From: Acidimicrobiales bacterium
GTDB lineage: Bacteria; Actinomycetota; Acidimicrobiia; Acidimicrobiales; Bin134
Direction of reading: 5' to 3'
DNA length: 64,000 nucleotides
NCBI GenBank assembly: GCA_965200775.1
Contig: OZ241383.1
Coordinates: 132,280-196,279 of the forward strand
Every line of letters starts with the position of its first letter. The first letter of the stretch is position 1. Of this stretch, positions 8,190 to 14,210 are shown piece after piece. Both the position numbers and the translations under genes were made by a program. Below the pieces are notes generated by a model. The model was given only the letters and a program-made list of their open reading frames with translations. It searched no databases and was not told the DNA's origin.

Positions 8190-9713
8190 TCAGGCCATAC
8201 GTGCTTCTGATATCATTTTATCAACCACGGGAGTGTCCCAATCATCCCTGACTCTGGCTCCCATAGTTCGAGCGCCTGCTAAGGCATCTTTCGCTCTTAT
8301 TTCGTTAGACATCCATTTGGTCTTTTTGTTCTCTTTGTGAAGTCCCGACATTGTCAAACTATTGCTCTTCCGGCTGTTACACGGCCCACAGATTAGCACT
8401 CGATTAGTGATAAAATTTTCTCCTGCGTCTGACCGTGGCTGTATGTGATCGAGTTCCGTAAATTCGATTTCAAGTTGTCGTCCGCAACCAACGCACACAA
8501 CTTTGTCATCAGGGTTATCAGAAATAATTTGTACTTGAGCTAAGATGTTCTTGATAACCTTATTGGGTAGCTGCTGCCAGGGATCAGAAGCTCTTTGCGT
8601 GCGGATTTTCAATATTGGCACGGTTGATTCATTCTCATCAGTTCGTTCGGGGATTTCTGTGGTGTAATGTACATCCCCAAATGTAATCAATCTGCTTGGA
8701 TTTGCTTCGCCTTCGGCAACGGCGAGACCTTCTTGTACCATTCTATCCAAAACGATCTGGTATGCGCCCTCCCATATATCTATACCGATCCACTGTCTTC
8801 CCAGCTTTTCAGCAGCAATTGGTGTGGTGGAACACCCACAGAATGGGTCGAGCACTATGTCTCCTTTGTTGCTAGATCCTTCGATTATTCTTTTATAAAG
8901 TTCTAACGGTTTGCGGGTAGGGTAGTTGTAATGTTCACTTTTGGGCCCGTGCATAGCGTCTGGTATATCAGACCATATGTTTCCCAAAAGCTTTTCCTTA
9001 TAGATAAACTTCTCATCGTGTTGATCATAGTATTTGATTCGTATATTTCCACTTTTGGTGTAGTGTATTCTACCATGTTCCTCTAACGTCTCCACACTCT
9101 TGTCAGTATAATCGTCTCTAGGGGCCGTGCGAAAATAACCTCTTTCATCCATCTGATATCCGTATTTTGACCGCTTCTTGATGGGAATACTAATGGTTTG
9201 GTACTGTTTATTCCAAGTATGCTCGCCTCCCTTAGTGTAATAGAATATAGTGTCGTGGTTGCGCGGATATTGCTTGGCGATTGCCTTTGCCCCTCTGGCA
9301 GTCTCACCGTACTGCCATATAATGTCATTCCGGTGATTCTTGTAGCCAAAAGCAGCATCTAGAATCAATTTAAGGTAATGGCAGGCTGTGATATCACAAT
9401 GCAAAAACATACTGCCACCATCTCGGAGGACTCTATACATCTCCATAAGCCTGACGGCCATGTAACAAATGTATGCTCCCATACCATCGCTGTGAGATTG
9501 CCTAGCTGCTTCGATGACCGCCCATATCTTTGGCCAGTCATCTTGAATCTGATCTACCCACTCATCGTGAACATCTATTTCCCACCGCCAACGATCCTTG
9601 AACCGCGCTCCCTTCGCAATCCTGTCAGGTGTGGCATGAAAGTCCTTACTCTTGTTGAATGGAGGATCAGTTGCGATTAGATGAACAGTCTCACTGTTGA
9701 TACCACGCAGCAC
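8190..9713 (-). CDS. Beta-class N6-adenine/N4-cytosine DNA methyltransferase fused to a C-terminal HNH nuclease domain. The annotated GTG start truncates the conserved N-terminus (see (GA)13 repeat)
   Basis: Motif IV DPPF (IATDPPFNKSKDF) lies near the N-terminus and motif I IVLDPFCGCSTTPIAAEKLGRQWIGIDI lies late, which is the PF01555-type order. The C-terminus CVGCGRQLEIEFTELDHIQPRSDAGENFITNRVLICGPCNSRKSN is an HNH motif. The gene is AT-rich relative to the genome. The frame stays open upstream of 9713 and encodes NFANRSLYHADNLD, the usual start of this MTase fold. Confidence 0.8.
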   Translation of the reverse strand: MLRGINSETVHLIATDPPFNKSKDFHATPDRIAKGARFKDRWRWEIDVHDEWVDQIQDDWPKIWAVIEAARQSHSDGMGAYICYMAVRLMEMYRVLRDGGSMFLHCDITACHYLKLILDAAFGYKNHRNDIIWQYGETARGAKAIAKQYPRNHDTIFYYTKGGEHTWNKQYQTISIPIKKRSKYGYQMDERGYFRTAPRDDYTDKSVETLEEHGRIHYTKSGNIRIKYYDQHDEKFIYKEKLLGNIWSDIPDAMHGPKSEHYNYPTRKPLELYKRIIEGSSNKGDIVLDPFCGCSTTPIAAEKLGRQWIGIDIWEGAYQIVLDRMVQEGLAVAEGEANPSRLITFGDVHYTTEIPERTDENESTVPILKIRTQRASDPWQQLPNKVIKNILAQVQIISDNPDDKVVCVGCGRQLEIEFTELDHIQPRSDAGENFITNRVLICGPCNSRKSNSLTMSGLHKENKKTKWMSNEIRAKDALAGARTMGARVRDDWDTPVVDKMISEARMA

Positions 9714-9788
9714 ATCAAGGTTGTCCGCATGGTATAGAGAGCGATTGGCGAAGTTTGGTTGTCCTTCTCCTGGTTGTCTCTCTTCTCT

Positions 9789-9814
9789 TCTCTCTCTCTC
9801 TCTCTCTCTCTCTC
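9789..9814 (-). repeat. Dinucleotide microsatellite (GA)13 on the coding (minus) strand, (TC)13 on plus
   Basis: Counted directly. It lies 3 nt downstream of ATG 9817 (minus strand) and upstream of the conserved methyltransferase N-terminus. Confidence 0.95.
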
Positions 9815-9836
9815 CATTATCCGCTCTCTTTTGCCC

Positions 9837-10397
9837 TCAAGGCTTTGCCGTCCGACGTTCACTTGCTAGGATGTCGTCCATCAATGGAAGGTGTTGCCAG
9901 GCATCAGGACAACCCGCAATCGAATGAGCCATTTTGTTGGCACTCACATTATTGATAACTATGCACATCTGATCTGATATGCAGAGCGAGCATTGACTGA
10001 GCCATCCCTCAAGATCTACGACTTGTCTATGCACATGCTCACACTGTGAGTAGCAGTAGGTACTGTATCTCTTGCGTCTGTTGGTCGCCAAAGATGAAAG
10101 TAGAGGGGTGCCCCGACTCATACTGCCAGCATTTCGGTTAGTAGAAGGACTAAGGCCATGGTGTCGACGGCCCAACTCACGGTATGGCCGGTTATAGCAG
10201 GGCGCGTCAGCAGATGTGCCTTTCTCAGGTTCGACGTAACCTGATGCCAAATAGGTCAATGTCGCTGCACAGATGTCGGGAACGGCTCTCGCAGAAATTC
10301 GGCAGACCCTGTGGCTGCTCACACTGGCTACTGTAACCCCTGTGACAAGCAAGCCAGCGGCTTTCGGCTGATCGTCGGCGTGGATGTGGCGATTCAA
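9837..10397 (-). CDS. Hypothetical Cys/His-rich protein (186 aa), possible zinc-ribbon protein, immediately upstream of and co-oriented with the MTase-HNH gene
   Basis: It is the only long ORF in this ~50% G+C stretch. It contains C-x3-C...C-x2-C (CYSQCEHVHRQVVDLEGWLSQCSLC). Its TGA (9837-9839) lies 20 nt before ATG 9817. No family was recognised. Confidence 0.35.
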   Translation of the reverse strand: MNRHIHADDQPKAAGLLVTGVTVASVSSHRVCRISARAVPDICAATLTYLASGYVEPEKGTSADAPCYNRPYRELGRRHHGLSPSTNRNAGSMSRGTPLLSSLATNRRKRYSTYCYSQCEHVHRQVVDLEGWLSQCSLCISDQMCIVINNVSANKMAHSIAGCPDAWQHLPLMDDILASERRTAKP

Positions 10398-10627
10398 TGC
10401 TCTAGTCTCATCGGTCGCTAGGTCTCAAGAACAGCAGATCCTCAGCATCCCACGTCTTGCGGGGTTGATGTGAAGGGTAGTCCGTAGGGCTTTGTGTCAT
10501 CCTTGGATCAAGCACCGGCTTCGAGTTCGGATCCCCCATTTTGGGCGGAACCCCTCTTCCCCTCCCCTCGCCTCCCGATTCTAGGGGCTGCTTCCCGGGG
10601 GTGGGGGTAGTGGCCTTTGGACTGTTC

Positions 10628-11235
10628 TGAGGTTCACCCCTTTTCGTGGAGGCATGCTCAATAGGGAGAGTTATGCCGCGACCATGAAGACAGTTGGACC
10701 GTGAGTTCCGTGACGGGGCTGTGCGGAATGTTGAGGAGACGGGTCAGTTGGTGGCTCAGGTGGCCCAGGACTTGGGTATCAACGAGGGCACGCTCGGGAA
10801 CTGGGTGTATCGACAGCGCGCTGAGCGGGCCGGCGGGCTGTCAGCCGATGAGCGGGCCGAGCTGGTGCGGCTACGTACCGAGAACGCGACGTTGCTGATG
10901 GAGCATGATGTGCTTAAACGATCTGTGGTTCTTTGGGGCAACGAGGTCACGCGGTGACGGCCGGGTTCATCGCCGCTGTCAATCCACCGGACGCACAGGC
11001 AACGCCCTGGACAACGCCTCAGCCAATTCGTTCTTTTCCGCCCTCACCCACGAACTCATCAACCGCCGCCAATGGACAACCCGAGACCAAGCCCGACAAA
11101 AAATCACCCTATGGATAACTGGCTGGTACAGCCACCAACGCCTCCACAGCACCCTCGGCATGATCCCTACCATAGAATACGAACAGATCCACCCCACCGA
11201 ACCCAACCCTCCACGAATGGGAGGGGGATTCGACA
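10628..11235 (+). mobile_element. IS3-family insertion sequence remnant with a large internal deletion
   Basis: Candidate terminal inverted repeats: TGAGGTTCACCCCTTTTCGTGGAGG (from 10628) and the reverse complement of ...CCTCCACGAATGGGAGGGGGATTCGACA (ending 11235). They share TG...CCCCT...TTCGTGGAGG. The remnant holds an OrfA-like HTH ORF followed directly by the extreme C-terminus of OrfB. Confidence 0.6.
10694..10957 (+). pseudogene. IS3-family transposase OrfA (HTH), 5' end frameshifted
   Basis: REFRDGAVRNVEETGQLVAQVAQDLGINEGTLGNWVYRQR plus a leucine-zipper-like tail (ELVRLRTENATLLMEHDVLKR). Upstream ATG CCG CGA CCA TGA suggests a broken original start (MPR...). Confidence 0.7.
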
Positions 11236-11249
11236 CGCCCGCCACGTAG
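10989..11249 (+). pseudogene. IS3-family transposase OrfB, C-terminal fragment only
   Basis: GNALDNASANSFFSALTHELINRRQWTTRDQARQKITLWITGWYSHQRLHSTLGMIPTIEYE matches the end of the rve/DDE domain (DNA..ESFF..LK.E......R.HS.LG). The catalytic core is missing. Confidence 0.65.
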
Positions 11250-11572
11250 GCCTCGGTGACCACCGCTCGCAGCGCCCGGTCGATGCGCCGTCGCGGTTCC
11301 AGAAGCGAAGGGAAGAAGTTTCCATTCCTCAGTTTGGGGATCTTCAGGTTCACGTCACCGGCCTGGGTGGCGAGGAGCCGTGGCCGGTGGCCGCTGCGCT
11401 CGGTCACACGAGCGTCGCTGTGCTCGTAGCGTCCTGCTCCAATGGCTTCGGCAGCTTCGGCCTTGATCAGCTCTTGGAGCACCAGTTCCACAGCCCCACG
11501 GAGCAAACCCGCCCCACCGCCGGCGCGGAACGTTTCCCACAGCCTCGCCGTGGTATTATTGGCCAAGGTCAT
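11231..11572 (-). pseudogene. IS256-family (Mutator-type) transposase, N-terminal ~114 codons, truncated by the IS3 remnant
   Basis: MTLANNTTARLWETFRAGGGAGLLRGAVELVLQELIKAEAAEAIGAGRYEHSDARVTERSGHRPRLLATQAGDVNLKIPKLRNGNFFPSLLEPRRRIDRALRAVVTEAYVAGVS is the conserved IS256 N-terminus. Similarity stops exactly at the IS3 right end (about 11231-11235). Confidence 0.75.
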
Positions 11573-11708
11573 CGGTGTGTCCTCCTCAATGAGTGAGTGG
11601 TGTTTCTCACCGAGGGTCACACCGCTGGCACCCCGCCCCCCACCATCACAAGGGACACCCCCCTTGAGGTTTACACAGGCTGCTTGCCTCTGGGATGGTT
11701 GGCTGGTA

Positions 11709-11900
11709 ATGATGAACCGATTCAAACGTAGCAGAAGGTACAGGAGCAGGAGGACATCGGCGCTAGTATTGGCACTTGTGATGGGAACCGTTGCTCTCTT
11801 GCCCCTCTCTGTTGAGGCACACGGCGAACACCCATTGAAGCATGAGTCGTCTGATCGTTGTAGCAATTCTCCTGACTTATGTTTTGGTCATGCTTGCTAG
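11709..11900 (+). CDS. Candidate small secreted Cys/His-rich peptide (63 aa)
   Basis: MMNRFKRSRRYRSRRTSALVLALVMGTVALLPLSVEA|HGEHPLKHESSDRCSNSPDLCFGHAC. It has a basic n-region, a hydrophobic core and a VEA-H cleavage-like site, with a 26-aa mature part carrying 3 Cys and 4 His. The track ORF 11442..11900 extends it upstream through IS256-related sequence. No homolog was recognised. Confidence 0.25.
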   Translation: MMNRFKRSRRYRSRRTSALVLALVMGTVALLPLSVEAHGEHPLKHESSDRCSNSPDLCFGHAC

Positions 11901-12419
11901 CATCACGATGCTTGTCTGAGGTACTGGGCACCCTTGGGAATGAAGGCAGATGTCGAGTGTGATGACGAATGTTACATCGATATGGTGCGAACTTGTCGTG
12001 CCATATCGTCCGGACTATCGAAATAGATTAGGTGGTATATTGACTTGGAGTTCATCGGTAGGCTGGCGATATTATATCGCCTTGACGGCGGATTAGGGGT
12101 TCCAAGAACTGTTCCTTGGGACGAGATATGTCCTGAATATAGATTGTGTGGAACTCTACACCCTTTTTCATGGTTGTTTTGTGATGCAATTATCCGATCT
12201 AGGCTTCATATTGCTGTGACATAACCATATGAATATCTGTTAACCCATGTGTGGATTCTGCGATTGACAGGTCTGCCGATTAGGCATTCTAGATCAGGCC
12301 AAACGCCTTTATGTCAGGATACGTGGAAACGTACAATAATCTACTTTGCCGCCTAATTCTTGCTAAGTGTTGAAGCAAAATTGAGAATTTGATCGGAGGC
12401 ATACTGCAAGATATCGTAA

Positions 12420-12896
12420 TCACATATTTGAAGCGACTAGAACAAGGAGTCCTGCAATTGTCACCGTGATACCAACTACCATCAATAGAATAGCCCACTT
12501 CAGTTTGTCAGTCCTTCTCTTATTGGTTGTCCTTAAACCTTCAAGGATGCGTATCGAACTCTCGATTGAACTACTGAGAATGCTACCTTGCCCGTGTTCT
12601 GACCACCAGATCAACCATTTGGTGTTTATTCTGGGATAAGACACCGCTGCGCCAACTAGAATGCCAAAAGTCCCCGAGAGGGCTAGTGCCACAAGTCCGA
12701 CAGACGATAGAACAAATGATTCAAGAGTTACTTGGTCGGCAAGCAATCCCAGCGCAGTGGCAACTAGTGAGGCAACAGTAAGTGAGAAACGGGCAACTGT
12801 TGCTCCTCTACTGTCCAATGAGAGTTGCTGTTGCTCCTCCCAGTTCTGCTCCGTCTTGATTAGTGCTATGAGGTCCTGCGTGTCGTCATCCACCAC
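12420..12896 (-). CDS. Small integral membrane protein (158 aa, three predicted TM helices), unknown function
   Basis: GTG start. The product has a polar N-terminus (DDDTQDLIALIKTEQNWEEQQQ), a TM hairpin (FSLTVASLVATALGLLADQV / FVLSSVGLVALALSGTFGILVGAAV), a ~45-aa loop and a C-terminal TM (WAILLMVVGITVTIAGLLVLVA). The gene is AT-rich. Confidence 0.6.
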   Translation of the reverse strand: MVDDDTQDLIALIKTEQNWEEQQQLSLDSRGATVARFSLTVASLVATALGLLADQVTLESFVLSSVGLVALALSGTFGILVGAAVSYPRINTKWLIWWSEHGQGSILSSSIESSIRILEGLRTTNKRRTDKLKWAILLMVVGITVTIAGLLVLVASNM

Positions 12897-12996
12897 GCTC
12901 TACCCACTCGATTTTATCCGGCTCGGGTGGGGGCTCTGAAGGAGGTGAGGAATCGCTAGTTTGCGTTGGCTGTTCGTCTGGTGGGCCAAGGCTCAT
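12886..12996 (-). CDS. Possible upstream mini-ORF (36 aa, Pro/Ser/Glu-rich) overlapping the start of the 3-TM gene by 11 nt
   Basis: ATG 12996 ... TGA 12886-12888 encodes MSLGPPDEQPTQTSDSSPPSEPPPEPDKIEWVERGG. It lies between the promoter-like site and the TM gene and could simply be 5' UTR. Confidence 0.2.
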   Translation of the reverse strand: MSLGPPDEQPTQTSDSSPPSEPPPEPDKIEWVERGG

Positions 12997-13038
12997 ATAT
13001 TCCCTGCCAGTGGGTAGTGATTCGGAAAATGCTTGGCT

Positions 13039-13067
13039 ATGATACTTCAGCTTTAGTGCCTTGTCAA
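13039..13067 (-). promoter_or_regulatory. Near-consensus sigma70-type promoter: TTGACA, 17 nt spacer, TATCAT
   Basis: On the minus strand the -35 TTGACA is at 13067-13062 and the -10 TATCAT at 13044-13039, with an exactly 17-nt spacer. It is oriented toward the mini-ORF/3-TM gene. Confidence 0.5.
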
Positions 13068-13121
13068 CAGGGAAAGGGTCGCGCGCCGAATTCTGACGAT
13101 GCTTCGCTGGGGGAGTTCCTG

Positions 13122-14135
13122 TCAGTCCAACGAGATGAGGCGGGCTAGTGGTTCGGGGTCCTGTTTGTTGTCGTAGCGGACGTAGCCTGAGTTTCTGCGT
13201 TCGACGATGCCCCTGAGTTCCTCGTCGAGGTCGTCGGTGTTGAGCCCGCGTTCCCGTGCGCGTCGAAGCACGCGGTGTGATACTGCGATGGCGGTGTCCA
13301 GGTAGTCGTACAGGTGCTCGTCGGCTTCGGCGTGTATGACGTCGAGGTCGTCGGGGTAGGTCGCTTCTGTCCGCCACTTGCCGATCTGCTTCGGCGTGAG
13401 TTGGTGGCTGCCAACCAGCTTCCTCAGTTCGGCGCGGGCGGGTTCGTCGGGTATCTGGGTGAGTCCGTCTTTGATACTGTGGCTGGCGTCTCGTACTTTG
13501 TCCGGGTGCAGGTCGTGCATGATCGCCGTGGCCTTGAGGCAGACTTCAACAACCATCGACGAATCAGCGCACACGCCCATAATCCTGTTGCCTCTTTTGA
13601 TCTCGGGACGGCTTGAAGACGCGCCCTTGCGTGGTTGCTCCGACAGCGGTGGCACCATGCGGGCCGAGAGGTTGATCAGGGCAATGTCCACTTTGGTTTT
13701 GAGATATTTTTGGGTTTCTTCTTTTTCGGTCATGGGCCTCACGCAGGTTTTGTTCCAGTTGGCCTTGTCGCGGGGCGCGCGCCCGCACAGCAAAACGGTG
13801 TCTGTGCTGATCTGGTGTTCGAAGGTGTTGGTCACGGCCCGACGGCTTTCCCATTCGGGCAGGTCAGAGACGTAGAGCTGCACGTGGAACGGGACCACCT
13901 CGCGGGTGGCCTGCGTTAGCCGGATCTCGATGTTGCGTCGTTCGTCGTAGTCGATGTCGGTGAACACCACGTACAAGTCAATGTCCGAGCGGGCAGTGGC
14001 ATCGCCGCGGGCCACCGAACCGTACACATACACCTCCGCGTCGCCCTGAGCGGCGGCCAGCACAGCCTCGGCCGCCCGCTGAGCGTCGGCCCGTGTGGGT
14101 GCTGTACGGGTATCTGCCAGAGCCACTACGGCCAC
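13122..14135 (-). CDS. Pol-beta-superfamily nucleotidyltransferase (MNT-like) fused to a helical, HEPN-like C-terminal domain
   Basis: The N-terminal YGSVARGDATARSDIDLYVVF is the GS-x-RG...D-x-D minimal nucleotidyltransferase motif. The C-terminal helical region carries SHSIKDGL...KWRTEATY, resembling the H...R-x4-Y pattern of NTase-associated HEPN domains (inference). The gene is high in G+C, unlike the block downstream of it. Confidence 0.65.
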   Translation of the reverse strand: MAVVALADTRTAPTRADAQRAAEAVLAAAQGDAEVYVYGSVARGDATARSDIDLYVVFTDIDYDERRNIEIRLTQATREVVPFHVQLYVSDLPEWESRRAVTNTFEHQISTDTVLLCGRAPRDKANWNKTCVRPMTEKEETQKYLKTKVDIALINLSARMVPPLSEQPRKGASSSRPEIKRGNRIMGVCADSSMVVEVCLKATAIMHDLHPDKVRDASHSIKDGLTQIPDEPARAELRKLVGSHQLTPKQIGKWRTEATYPDDLDVIHAEADEHLYDYLDTAIAVSHRVLRRARERGLNTDDLDEELRGIVERRNSGYVRYDNKQDPEPLARLISLD

Positions 14136-14210
14136 CTCCCAACCCCAAGCCTAACGGTTTGCCCGCGATTTGGTGAGGGTGCCCTGCTGGGCATCTACAC
14201 CATCTCGGGG

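Noticed and set aside
9776-9830. The (TC)n/(GA)n tract, or the PT/SPT and PPADP coding repeats (29650-29830, 55590-55680, 60997-61080), as CRISPR-like arrays
   Set aside because: They are a dinucleotide microsatellite and in-frame low-complexity linker repeats. They have no repeat-spacer organisation, and no cas genes are present.
9713-10397. A single long gene formed by read-through of the TGA at 9837-9839, fusing the Cys-rich ORF to the methyltransferase
   Set aside because: - Being in the same frame has a one-in-three chance expectation.
- No recoding signal was recognised.
- An ATG plus repeat-dependent frame restoration 20 nt downstream explains the layout more simply.
11442-11708. The long version of ORF 11442..11900 (+)
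   Set aside because: - Its first 89 codons are antisense to the IS256 transposase fragment and Ser/Pro/Ala-rich.
- Only the last 63 codons, from ATG 11709, look like a plausible if unproven peptide.
11709-11760. A twin-arginine (Tat) signal in the small peptide (RSRRYRSRRTS)
   Set aside because: Several Arg pairs are present but the S/T-R-R-x-F-L-K consensus is not matched. A generic Sec-type signal is the most that can be claimed.
12420-14135. NTase plus downstream TM protein as a CBASS/Pycsar-like cyclic-nucleotide signalling pair
   Set aside because: - The NTase motif (GSVARGD...SDIDL) is of the minimal MNT type, not the cGAS/DncV-like or SMODS type.
- The two genes are separated by 225 nt and a dedicated promoter.
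- They have clearly different base composition, so they are unlikely to be one operon of common origin.
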